Sequence record: OR532817.1 | DNA: 64,000 bases | Strand: one strand, 5' to 3' | Shown here: positions 28,581-37,792 of the stretch, piece after piece | How positions within the stretch are numbered: the first letter of the stretch is position 1 | How the letters are laid out: the number at the start of each line of letters is the position of its first letter | Notes under the pieces: generated by a model | The model's input: the letters and a program-made list of their open reading frames with translations, nothing else | Told to the model about the DNA's origin: nothing | Databases searched by the model: none | Made by a program: the position numbers and the translations under genes

Positions 28581-28656
28581 GGAGTATAATGAAAAAATTA
28601 ATCAGAGGTAGAATGACATTTCATTAAGTTAAACTAACTTAATGGAGATCATATAC

Positions 28657-29205
28657 ATGTTTTTCAACCAAACTTTCGTTTTGTATCATGACAACGGTAA
28701 TGTAGAAATTACTGATGATTTATTAAAAACAGTAAAGAAATATGGTGGTTCAGAAAAATTTCATAGTCTAATGAAATTTAATCTAGGTTCTTTTGAAGAA
28801 CGAAAAAGAAAGTATTATCGTCCTAACGGATATTTTGATTATGAATTCACAAATCATATGGGCTTTTTTCTTTGTAATGAAAAAGGATTACTTATTTCTC
28901 CTGATTTATTTTATGGTGAATATGAAGTAATCTGGAATAAGTACTGGGAACAGAGAAATCATACTCGTACTATGCATTTCAAACATAATAGATCATGGGT
29001 TCATAAACACAATAACACTCGTTATAAACACCCGCAAACAATGAATGCTCGTAGAGCATCATGTGCAGTATTAAAAGAAGAAGGTGAACCTGAATTTCGA
29101 GGTAAACGTAAGGTACGTTCTATTCCAACGTTGTGGGATGATAAAAAAACTCGTCACGGTACTGGATGGAAGTATAGTACAAAACGAAAACATCAATACA
29201 AATAA
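28657..29205 (+). CDS. conserved phage hypothetical protein with a basic C-terminus
   Basis: GGAG RBS places the start at 28657; RGKRK...PTLWDD...GWK...KRKHQYK. Confidence 0.8.
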   Translation: MFFNQTFVLYHDNGNVEITDDLLKTVKKYGGSEKFHSLMKFNLGSFEERKRKYYRPNGYFDYEFTNHMGFFLCNEKGLLISPDLFYGEYEVIWNKYWEQRNHTRTMHFKHNRSWVHKHNNTRYKHPQTMNARRASCAVLKEEGEPEFRGKRKVRSIPTLWDDKKTRHGTGWKYSTKRKHQYK

Positions 29206-29223
29206 TCCAAAAGGAGAACGTAA

Positions 29224-29607
29224 ATGTTCTCCTTTTTCTATTGGACAATATCAATGTCAAAATATAAAAAGAAAATTTTATCAAAAATAATTCATACTGA
29301 ATCACTGGAAGATGATAATTTGGATGATATTATTTCAGTACTATTACACTGGAAAGAACAATACCCAAATGAAGAATTACGTGTTGAATATGGTTCTTGT
29401 GGTTTAGATCCTTATGGTGGATATGATGAATATTATATTATCCGTGATTGTTTAGAAACTGATGAAGAATTTAATACAAGAGTTCAGTACGAAGAAGATA
29501 AATTAAGAACTAAAGAGCAAAAAGAAATGGAACGTTTATTGAGATGTAAAACTTTAAACGAATCCAACAAAGAAAAGTTAATCAAATATATCGAGAAATA
29601 TAAATGA
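29224..29607 (+). CDS. hypothetical protein
   Basis: AGGAG RBS, 127 aa. Confidence 0.75.
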   Translation: MFSFFYWTISMSKYKKKILSKIIHTESLEDDNLDDIISVLLHWKEQYPNEELRVEYGSCGLDPYGGYDEYYIIRDCLETDEEFNTRVQYEEDKLRTKEQKEMERLLRCKTLNESNKEKLIKYIEKYK

Positions 29608-30464
29608 ATCATATTACTGAAGAAAAAATTCTATATCACGCATTACATAATGGATCATTTACTTTACAAAGTTGTGATTATATTGGTCATACTCAGACAT
29701 GTATTGATAACCTTCTGAAGTGTAAATTTCTTACATGGGAAACTAATAGTTTGTGGAGTGATTATAAACATAATGATAGTTCTGAATATTATGACATAGC
29801 ATTTCATCAGTATAAAATCACAGAAACAGGTGAAGTACGTTTAGCCATTTATCGTTTATCTTATGCTCATAAGAATCATCGTGATACTTCTAAACATACG
29901 AAAAGAATGGAACAATTAACAAAAGTATTGAAACAGTATTCTCTGGATATTGATAACTTCAAAAAGAATTGTACTAAAAATGAAGTGAAAGCAATTAATT
30001 ATTATAAAGAAAACTATAATAAAACAGTTGATATAGAAGAAGCGAAAGCTGGCAGTGATGCATTAAAACAAGCTATTCAGACTGTATTCAGTACTGAAAA
30101 AATTCAATCCAAAAATTCTCATCTAAATGATATTGATTTCGGTGATGTAGTACTTAATAATATGTTCCAAATGAGTTCTATGCTTGGTGAAAAAGGTTAT
30201 GATAAATCCAGAACATGGGATTATGTTCTTCGTAAAATTAATGAAGAATTAGGTGAAATGACACTTGAAATGAATGTAGCAGATGGGTTATCATATAAAG
30301 AAGCAGGGAAAGATGGCGTAAAAGGTGAAGCCGTTGATTTAGCAATTTGTGCTATGGATATGTTTGCGTTAGAATGTCCTGGTATGAGTGCTGATGAAAT
30401 TGAGCGTGAATTTTTAACATACATGAACATCAAACTAGCTAAATGGAGAAAATCAATACAATGA
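29604..30464 (+). CDS. protein with a C-terminal MazG-like NTP pyrophosphohydrolase domain
   Basis: KINEELGEM...GEAVDLAICAMD (EExGE / ExxD). Confidence 0.7.
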   Translation: MNHITEEKILYHALHNGSFTLQSCDYIGHTQTCIDNLLKCKFLTWETNSLWSDYKHNDSSEYYDIAFHQYKITETGEVRLAIYRLSYAHKNHRDTSKHTKRMEQLTKVLKQYSLDIDNFKKNCTKNEVKAINYYKENYNKTVDIEEAKAGSDALKQAIQTVFSTEKIQSKNSHLNDIDFGDVVLNNMFQMSSMLGEKGYDKSRTWDYVLRKINEELGEMTLEMNVADGLSYKEAGKDGVKGEAVDLAICAMDMFALECPGMSADEIEREFLTYMNIKLAKWRKSIQ

Positions 30465-30763
30465 ATAAATTTATTTTTGGCATGGTCTTGATTGGTACAG
30501 TACTGTTAAGTGGTTGTGTTAGTTATTTTGAATGTGATACTTATACACAATACTTACCATTTAGTGCTAATGCACCGGAAAATTGTTATCTTGTGAATAG
30601 TGAGATTACTGTCATTAATGGTATTCCTTCATTTGAATATATTTGCAATAAAGGAGAAGAATTACAAGAAGGTTCATCTCGTTCTCAATATTTAACTGGT
30701 TCTACACCATATAAATGGCCGGTAAGTACTGAAGATATTATATTCATAGGTGGAAAAGAATAA
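30461..30763 (+). CDS. putative lipoprotein
   Basis: MNKFIFGMVLIGTVLLSGC lipobox; start at 30461. Confidence 0.7.
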   Translation: MNKFIFGMVLIGTVLLSGCVSYFECDTYTQYLPFSANAPENCYLVNSEITVINGIPSFEYICNKGEELQEGSSRSQYLTGSTPYKWPVSTEDIIFIGGKE

Positions 30764-31137
30764 TGTGTAAAATTGATTATGTAGCATTTTTATTAAAGGA
30801 TGGTACAGTAATTGAAAAGCATATTATTCGTATGCCAGCGTATAATGAGAAGGGATGGTATAATAGTGTAGTTAGTATTGATGCATTCAACAATCGTGAG
30901 TCCGAAAGATATTATCAAATTAGATGTGTTAAAAAGAAACCACTTCTTGGTTTATTGTGTCATTTATATCGATTAACTGAATGGGAACGTGATACACAGT
31001 TATCAACTAATCGTATGAAAAAATATGATCCTTCATATGAACATCCTTACAATTTAGTACCATGCATTGAGCATCAAAATGTGTTTGACTTTTATAAACA
31101 CATCGGGTATGATTATAAAAAGAAGCGATACATTTAA
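30763..31137 (+). CDS. hypothetical protein
   Basis: 124 aa, coupled. Confidence 0.8.
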   Translation: MCKIDYVAFLLKDGTVIEKHIIRMPAYNEKGWYNSVVSIDAFNNRESERYYQIRCVKKKPLLGLLCHLYRLTEWERDTQLSTNRMKKYDPSYEHPYNLVPCIEHQNVFDFYKHIGYDYKKKRYI

Positions 31138-31148
31138 AGGTAAATTTA

Positions 31149-32348
31149 ATGAAACTTTGTAAGCATTGCCAGAAACCAAAATTCAAACATCAACGTGAAA
31201 CACTGAATTGTCCAAGTCCAACTCGTTCATTGGCTGCGAATTTTAATAGTACAACTGTATATGATGAATATGAATCCGATCCAGTACATTATGCTATTGC
31301 ACAAGTACAATTGAAAGCTGATATTGCTGAAATTACTGCTGGTCTTGATGAACTTCTTGCTAAAGGTGATATTAACGAACAGTCGTATAAAATGAATTTA
31401 GCAAATGCAACTGCTAATCTTACTCGTATTGCTGAAAATAGTAAACGCGAAGAATTTGAACCTAATGCAGTACTGTATGTTTCTTTTAACGATGTGGTGT
31501 ATTTTTATGATGCACAATGGGAAGGAAATGCAGTACTAGAAGGTGAAAAAGCAGTAGAAGATTTATATTTTTCTGATAAATTCAAAGAATATTATGATGC
31601 TGGTATTGTACCAGTATTAGAAGTGTTGGATAATGAAAGTACTGAAATGATTAAAGTAATTTATAATGCAGAACGTGCTGAATTTATTTCTGATATTAGT
31701 CGTGATAAACATTTGAAAGAAAAAGATACAAAACAAGAAGAAGTATCTTTATCTGATTTGAATAATGATGATTTTGTACTTCCATTGCATGATAAACAAT
31801 GGGTACTAAATACTATTCGAAAAAATTCTGACGATGATTGTGATATTGAAGAACTTGAATGTGCATTGAAAAGCTGTGATGGATCTATTGTTCTTGGTAA
31901 ACCAGATACAGAAAACGATGGAACTTATCTAATGCTTGGTATGAAAACCAACGATGGTTTCCTTGAAAATGATTACTGTCTTCTTGATAACATTTTGCTT
32001 AAAGATTGGAGTGTACTTGAAAATTCAGGGTTGATTGAAATTGGTACTTTTGAAAGCCACATTGACATTGATGAAAGCAAAAATAAAGGTATTACTACTT
32101 TTATGTCTGAAGTAATTGCACGTTCATTATTCAGTACTGAAGCATTGGATATGAAAAGTACGGATGATTGTAAAGCATTCTTGAAATCAGAATACAATGT
32201 ACAAAAAGCAAAACGCATCAAGAAAGAAAAATGGGGTAAAATTGAGTACCGAATCTTTGAAGATGATAATGGTGAACAGTATACTATTGTCACTTACTGT
32301 GATAAGTTGATTTCACATTATCCATTTGCTTACAATGAGGATTATTAA
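31149..32348 (+). CDS. acidic hypothetical protein with an N-terminal CxxC...H...C motif
   Basis: 399 aa; LCKHCQKPKFKH...NCP. Confidence 0.8.
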   Translation: MKLCKHCQKPKFKHQRETLNCPSPTRSLAANFNSTTVYDEYESDPVHYAIAQVQLKADIAEITAGLDELLAKGDINEQSYKMNLANATANLTRIAENSKREEFEPNAVLYVSFNDVVYFYDAQWEGNAVLEGEKAVEDLYFSDKFKEYYDAGIVPVLEVLDNESTEMIKVIYNAERAEFISDISRDKHLKEKDTKQEEVSLSDLNNDDFVLPLHDKQWVLNTIRKNSDDDCDIEELECALKSCDGSIVLGKPDTENDGTYLMLGMKTNDGFLENDYCLLDNILLKDWSVLENSGLIEIGTFESHIDIDESKNKGITTFMSEVIARSLFSTEALDMKSTDDCKAFLKSEYNVQKAKRIKKEKWGKIEYRIFEDDNGEQYTIVTYCDKLISHYPFAYNEDY

Positions 32349-32566
32349 TGATCATCTATGCTGTTCAGGAAATTGATTTTTATACTGAAGAATACGACAA
32401 TCAAAAAATTCGTAAATTATTTTTAAATTTAGACGCTGCACTTAATTATGTAAAAACTACATATGATATTAAAATTACTAACGTTAATACATGTAAAACA
32501 TATATCGAAAATGATGAAGAACGTGGAGAAGTTTCCGTTGGTATTTATGAAATGAGTGTGTTATAA
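32348..32566 (+). CDS. hypothetical protein
   Basis: 72 aa, coupled. Confidence 0.75.
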   Translation: MIIYAVQEIDFYTEEYDNQKIRKLFLNLDAALNYVKTTYDIKITNVNTCKTYIENDEERGEVSVGIYEMSVL

Positions 32567-32588
32567 TTAAATAGTTTTTAACAAACAA

Positions 32589-32707
32589 GAAAGTACTGTC
32601 ACCGTGCATCTGGGTAAAATCAGTATAAGTCCGTAAAGCACAATGCCAATACTCAACAATCTCCCTACTCCTTGAGATCTACCAAAGTTGAGGGTGGTAG
32701 TACTTTC
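32589..32707 (+). ncRNA. candidate structured ncRNA or 5' leader
   Basis: 15-bp closing stem with two G-U pairs and two internal arms; GC-richer than the flanks; extended -10 at 32559-32567. Confidence 0.55.
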
Positions 32708-32728
32708 ACCTTTTAAGAGAAACTTAAT

Positions 32729-33193
32729 ATGTTTTCACAAATTACTGATAAAAAAGAAATCAAAGAGATTAAAGAATTATTTTTAGAAGGAGAGTATATT
32801 AATACTGTTTCTTTTGAGAATGGTACACCTTTCCACCAATCAGTTAAATTTGGTAAATTACGTAATTTACAATTTAAAGACAAACAAACTTTTGAAAAAT
32901 TTCATGAAATTAAATCTCCAAAAATTGAAGATGTAATTTCTGCATTGTCTTTGGATAAAGCTTCTTTCACCAATACAACACATCGTCGATATAGATTATG
33001 GGCTGTAAAATATATCGATAAACATATTCTTATTTCTCATAATAAAGATCGTGGTATTGATGTGTATTATGATCCAGGATTATTCGTTGAGCATGATGTA
33101 TATAATATGCTTTATAATTATTATAAAACAATTTATGAATCAAAAGGAAACACCGATTTTAAACAATATTATCCAGCGTGGGATGAATTATGA
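32729..33193 (+). CDS. hypothetical protein
   Basis: 154-aa ORF. Confidence 0.8.
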   Translation: MFSQITDKKEIKEIKELFLEGEYINTVSFENGTPFHQSVKFGKLRNLQFKDKQTFEKFHEIKSPKIEDVISALSLDKASFTNTTHRRYRLWAVKYIDKHILISHNKDRGIDVYYDPGLFVEHDVYNMLYNYYKTIYESKGNTDFKQYYPAWDEL

Positions 33194-33541
33194 CAGTCAA
33201 AAATGAAATCAAACTCCAAGATAAAGTTGTTTTTATTTCTGGAACTACCATCCGACGTGGTACAGTGATAAAAATCAACAAAAGTACCTATAAAATTGAA
33301 TTCAAAGCTACACTGTTCCATAGTACAACTGGCACTGAAAATATTAAAAAAAGAAAAAGTAGCACATGAAGATGATGTATTAATCGCATTCTGGGATAAC
33401 GTTAAAGATAAAAGTCATATGGGTAGTCATTTGAATTATAATGAACATCAACATCTTGCACAAAAAGCTACACGATGGGTTGGTACGGGTTTTTGTGTAT
33501 GGTTGAAGCCAGATGGACAACCTCATTTACATATTAGTTGA
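33190..33541 (+). pseudogene. frameshifted gene (KOW/SH3-like N-terminus) split at an A7 run
   Basis: ORF 33190-33369 stops 17 nt after A7 (33346-33352); removing one A fuses it to the 33296-33541 frame. Confidence 0.6.
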
Positions 33542-33786
33542 GAAATATTATGATTTTATTAATTATTACATTACTGTTAGGATTTTTTAATTGTTTCATT
33601 TATTTAAGAATTGAAAAGAAAGAAGGATATTGCTTTCATAGTACAAAAGATGGTAAATTAGTTTCGATGTTTAGTATAGAATCTCCATCAATATGTAAAT
33701 TCTTTATTCTTTTACAATTCATCCCGTTTGTTAATATTGTTTTCGCATTTTTATATCTCTTAGATATTCTCAATGGACATTTATAA
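33538..33786 (+). CDS. small membrane protein
   Basis: two hydrophobic helices, TTG start overlapping the previous stop. Confidence 0.65.
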   Translation: MRNIMILLIITLLLGFFNCFIYLRIEKKEGYCFHSTKDGKLVSMFSIESPSICKFFILLQFIPFVNIVFAFLYLLDILNGHL

Positions 33787-34442
33787 TGAATATTAAAACA
33801 ACAGCAGATAAGTACTGGTTCATTATGAACCATCCAAAATTTGTAAATAAAAATTACATTGTACCAAAAATTGAAATTGAACCACATAATGTATGCCCAC
33901 AAACCAACAGAATTGAACAGTATGAATATTTGAATACAAAAGTTCAGTACTGGATTGAGTTTTATATCCCAGTACAAGAAGATGGAAAATGGGATATTGC
34001 ACATGATTACAAACACGATTGTGGTGGTGATACGATGGATGAAGCAATCGACTGCTTATACAATTCAGTACTAAATGAATATGGAAATTATACACAAGAA
34101 GAATTGGACAAAAAAGAAGACGAAGTGTATAATTACAATAAATCCAAGGTTGGTGGTGCAACAATGTCATATATTTTATCTAAAATCCACGAAGACCTGT
34201 TTGAATACGTAAATGATAAAATTTTGCCAGATGAAGAAGCGGAATGCTATAATAATAACACAGTTGGTTATTATGAAAACAAAATTAAAGAATTAAAAGG
34301 AACTTTAAATTCATTAATCGAATTCAAAAGAAATGCACCAAAAGAAATGCACAAAGTGATTGACAAAGACATAAAAAACGTAGAACATGACATTTTTGCA
34401 AATGAAATGAGTATTAAATTTATGGTGGATTTAGATCTATGA
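33786..34442 (+). CDS. hypothetical protein
   Basis: 218 aa; HDCGGDTMDEAI pattern recalled from phage hypotheticals. Confidence 0.8.
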   Translation: MNIKTTADKYWFIMNHPKFVNKNYIVPKIEIEPHNVCPQTNRIEQYEYLNTKVQYWIEFYIPVQEDGKWDIAHDYKHDCGGDTMDEAIDCLYNSVLNEYGNYTQEELDKKEDEVYNYNKSKVGGATMSYILSKIHEDLFEYVNDKILPDEEAECYNNNTVGYYENKIKELKGTLNSLIEFKRNAPKEMHKVIDKDIKNVEHDIFANEMSIKFMVDLDL

Positions 34443-34807
34443 ATAAAGATCTTTCAAAATTAGTTGAAGACCTGCGACAGATGCCGAAAGTTGAACAAGT
34501 TGGGTCGTTTAAACGTTTTTTGGTTATTGCACGTGCATTAGATAAAAAGGGACGTGTACTCAGTACTAAAACTAATTCATACACACAAACACATCCAGTA
34601 CAGAAGAAGTTTGCAGTTAAAGCTGGGCGGTGTGAAGCTGTATGGCTCCATGCAGAAATTCGTTGTTTGTTAGCTGCAAGAAAAGATGTTCATACATTAC
34701 TAATTGCCAGAATTAACAAAGAAGGTCTTCCTGTTCCAGCAAAGCCATGTTCTGTTTGTGAACTGGCTATAAAAGAATATGGTGTAAAAAGGGTGATTTA
34801 TACATGA
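34439..34807 (+). CDS. cytidine/dCMP deaminase-superfamily zinc protein
   Basis: LHAEIRCL and KPCSVCE motifs. Confidence 0.75.
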   Translation: MNKDLSKLVEDLRQMPKVEQVGSFKRFLVIARALDKKGRVLSTKTNSYTQTHPVQKKFAVKAGRCEAVWLHAEIRCLLAARKDVHTLLIARINKEGLPVPAKPCSVCELAIKEYGVKRVIYT

Positions 34808-34977
34808 AAAATATTTTTAAAAAAGAATATGATGGTGAAAGCCTTTGTGATGTTCAACGAGATGTTGTTGAAGCATTCAGTACAGTATTCAATCCAGAAA
34901 TGATTGATATCCCAGTCGATGAATACGGATTTCAGGAAGGTACATTTGTTGTAAGTATTAAATGGAAGCCAGAATAA
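34804..34977 (+). CDS. small acidic phage protein (57 aa, not in track)
   Basis: ATGA coupling; YDGESLCDVQRDV...DEYGFQEGTF. Confidence 0.75.
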   Translation: MKNIFKKEYDGESLCDVQRDVVEAFSTVFNPEMIDIPVDEYGFQEGTFVVSIKWKPE

Positions 34978-35105
34978 TGCGTGATCTTATTATGTTCTTT
35001 TCTGCAATCATAGGACTATGTACTTATTATTTTTCCAATCATTATATTATAGCTATGGTATTTGCAATTATATATATTGCACTTTACAGTACTGACGACG
35101 AATAA
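34977..35105 (+). CDS. small membrane protein (42 aa, not in track)
   Basis: TAATG coupling; hydrophobic. Confidence 0.55.
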   Translation: MRDLIMFFSAIIGLCTYYFSNHYIIAMVFAIIYIALYSTDDE

Positions 35106-35126
35106 AAGCACCCTAGTGGTGCTTTT
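35104..35126 (+). terminator. intrinsic terminator
   Basis: AAAAGCACC-ctagt-GGTGCTTTT. Confidence 0.85.
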
Positions 35127-35163
35127 TTCCATTTGTACAAAATATAATCTAAGTGACTTTTTA

Positions 35164-35205
35164 TTGATTTAAATCAAGAATAAAATCACCTTTTAGTGAT
35201 ATAAT
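35164..35205 (+). promoter_or_regulatory. putative FNR-dependent class II promoter of the nrdD operon
   Basis: TTGAT-TTAA-ATCAA at 35164-35177; TG-a-TATAAT at 35197-35205; box centre about -41.5; poor -35 element. Confidence 0.75.
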
Positions 35206-35261
35206 ATGTTACGTAGCATTTAAATAAATCTACCACATAATAAAAAAATCAAGGAAGAAAA

Positions 35262-37067
35262 ATGAATTCAAATAAATTATATGAAGATATTGAAAATTTT
35301 ATTAATAATACGAATAAAGATATTACTACTGAAAATGCTAATAAAGATGCCAAAGTAGTTAATACACATAGAGATTTATTTGCTGGTATCCTTTCTAAAC
35401 ATTATGCCCAAGATACTATCCCAGAAGAATTTATTAAATGGCACAATGATGGTTATGGACACTGCCACGATTTAGATTACTGGATCTCACCATTAACAAA
35501 TTGCTGCCTTATTAATTATCCAGATATGCTTAGAAATGGTTTTAAAATTGGTAGTGCTAACATTGAAGAACCAAAAAGTTTTTCTGTGGCTTGTACGGTA
35601 CTAACACAGATTGTGCAAGCGGTTGCAAGTTCACAATATGGTGGACAATCATTAGCTCACATTGACAAATATTTAGAACCATATGTTAAAATGTCATGGA
35701 ATAAACTATTAGAAAAACAAAAGAAATATAATTTAAGTACCGAATTCATTGAAGACGAATTAAAAAAAGAAGTTTATGATGGGTGTCAAACATTTTTATA
35801 TCAATTAAACAGTACTGTTTCCGTGTCAGGCCAAACCCCTTTCATATCTATTAGTTTAGGTTTAAGTACTACTAAATTTGGACGTTTAATTACTGAACAA
35901 TATTTAAAAGTTCATGAAAAAGGTTTAGGCAAAGATGGCATTACTCCAGTATTTCCGAAAGTTATTTTCTTTTTAGAAGATGGTATTAATACTAATAGTA
36001 CTGATCCAAATTATGATTTAAAACAACAAGCATTACATTGTAGTTCTAAAAGAATTTATCCTGATTTCGTTAGTGTTACATTGAATAAAGAAATCACAGG
36101 TAGTACTTCTGAAGCTGTTACTCCAATGGGTTGTCGTTCATTCCTTTCCAAATGGATAAATGAAGATGGTGAAGAGCAATATAATGGCCGTTGTAATTTA
36201 GGGGTGGCATCAATCAACCTACCGTTAATTGCTCTTGAAAGTACGTCAGATGACGTTTTCTTTGACAAGTTACACCATCACATGGACATGGCATATCGCT
36301 TCTTATCTCTTCGTGTAGAGCGTTTAAAAGGCACAAAAGCCCGACAGAACCCAGTACTGTACATGTACGGAGCCTTAGCTCGTTTAGATCCAGATGAGAC
36401 TATCGAACAACTATTTTACAATGGCAGAAGTTCCATTAGTATTGGATATGTTGGTTTATCTGAATGTTCTGAAATTCTTAAAGGAAAAATAGACAAAGAT
36501 TTTGGATTAAAAGTACTAAAATATATGCAAATGAAATGCAATCAATATAAAGAAGAAACTAATATCGCATATAGTTTATATGGAACACCAGCCGAAAGTT
36601 TGTGTTATAAATTTGCAAAAATTATTAATGAGAAATACCCCTCTGTATTGAATAGAGATTACATTAGTAATTCATTTCATTATCCAGTTCATTATGATAT
36701 TTCAATTTTCGATAAATTTCAATATGAAAGTTTATTTGGAAATATCAGTTCAGGTGGTAATATTAGTTATGTTGAAACTCCAAATCTTTCTAATAATTTA
36801 AAAGCATTAGAAACTATAGTTGATTATGCCAGAACGAAAGTACAATATTTCGGTATAAATCAACCAGTGGATCACTGCTATGAATGTGGATATGATGGAC
36901 AATTCAACGTAGATAAAAATGGATATAATTGCCCACACTGTGGTAATAATGATGAAAGTACTATATCAGTTATTAGACGTGTTTCAGGTTATCTTGGTGC
37001 ACCAAATAGTCGTCCGTTCAATAAGGGAAAACAAGCCGAAGTAATTGAAAGAATTAAACACCAATAA
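35262..37067 (+). CDS. nrdD: class III (anaerobic) ribonucleotide reductase large subunit, no ATP cone
   Basis: [45 protein letters not shown]...CPHC, RRVSGYL glycyl-radical loop. Confidence 0.97.
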   Translation: MNSNKLYEDIENFINNTNKDITTENANKDAKVVNTHRDLFAGILSKHYAQDTIPEEFIKWHNDGYGHCHDLDYWISPLTNCCLINYPDMLRNGFKIGSANIEEPKSFSVACTVLTQIVQAVASSQYGGQSLAHIDKYLEPYVKMSWNKLLEKQKKYNLSTEFIEDELKKEVYDGCQTFLYQLNSTVSVSGQTPFISISLGLSTTKFGRLITEQYLKVHEKGLGKDGITPVFPKVIFFLEDGINTNSTDPNYDLKQQALHCSSKRIYPDFVSVTLNKEITGSTSEAVTPMGCRSFLSKWINEDGEEQYNGRCNLGVASINLPLIALESTSDDVFFDKLHHHMDMAYRFLSLRVERLKGTKARQNPVLYMYGALARLDPDETIEQLFYNGRSSISIGYVGLSECSEILKGKIDKDFGLKVLKYMQMKCNQYKEETNIAYSLYGTPAESLCYKFAKIINEKYPSVLNRDYISNSFHYPVHYDISIFDKFQYESLFGNISSGGNISYVETPNLSNNLKALETIVDYARTKVQYFGINQPVDHCYECGYDGQFNVDKNGYNCPHCGNNDESTISVIRRVSGYLGAPNSRPFNKGKQAEVIERIKHQ

Positions 37068-37077
37068 GGAGTCAATT

Positions 37078-37440
37078 ATGACAATTAAAGCAAAACAAAT
37101 TTTATCCGGCGAACACACTGGAACAATCTTTTTACACGATGATGAATATGCACGTATTTTAGTATCAAAAACATTTTCAGAAGATGATGAAGTATTATTC
37201 AGTACTTTTGAAAATGAAGAAATGCGTGAAGTTGATATTCAAGAACAACCCAAAATTGAAGGTGGTCAACATTTAAATGTAAATGTATTATCACGTTCTC
37301 AATTAGAAGAAGCACAGAAATTTCCTGAAAAATATCCTCAACTTACTATTCGTGTTTCTGGATATGCAGTTCGTTTTAATTCTCTTACGAAAGAACAACA
37401 AAATGATGTAATTTCACGAACTTTCACTACTAAGTTCTAA
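37078..37440 (+). CDS. grcA: autonomous glycyl radical cofactor GrcA (YfiD / T4 Vs.6-like)
   Basis: [11 protein letters not shown]...[35 protein letters not shown]; AAGGAG RBS places the start at 37078. Confidence 0.95.
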   Translation: MTIKAKQILSGEHTGTIFLHDDEYARILVSKTFSEDDEVLFSTFENEEMREVDIQEQPKIEGGQHLNVNVLSRSQLEEAQKFPEKYPQLTIRVSGYAVRFNSLTKEQQNDVISRTFTTKF

Positions 37441-37444
37441 TGTA

Positions 37445-37792
37445 ATGTTTTTTGAATATAATGATGAAAATATATATCCAATTGTGGTTAATAAGTACAA
37501 AGAACCATATGATGTATATATTGGAAGAGGTTCAAAATGGGGGAATCCATTCACTCACATAAAAAATCGTGATACGAAAGCTGAGTTTATTGTTAATACC
37601 AGAGAAGAATCTATTTCAAAATATAGAGAATGGATATTTAATAAAATTGAAAATGGTGAAATTACCATTGATGAGTTGCTAGAATTATCTGGTAAAAAAT
37701 TAGGATGTTTTTGTAAGCCTAAATCATGTCATGGTGATGTTCTTGTGGAAATAGTGAGTGCGTTATTAGATGAATTATCAAACAATAATTAA
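37445..37792 (+). CDS. DUF4326-family protein
   Basis: VVN...YDVYIGRGSKWGNPF...LSGKKLGCFCKPKSCHGDVL. Confidence 0.85.
   Translation: MFFEYNDENIYPIVVNKYKEPYDVYIGRGSKWGNPFTHIKNRDTKAEFIVNTREESISKYREWIFNKIENGEITIDELLELSGKKLGCFCKPKSCHGDVLVEIVSALLDELSNNN

Noticed and set aside
32589-32707. c-di-GMP-I (GEMM) riboswitch, hammerhead or tRNA identity for the structured element
   Set aside because: GGTAAAA and CGTAAAGC superficially resemble GEMM, but the GAAA tetraloop/receptor layout, the hammerhead CUGAUGA core and a cloverleaf are all missing.
35262-37067. Intron or intein in nrdD, or in the ligase or phoH genes
   Set aside because: ORFs are continuous and of expected length, with no intein motifs.
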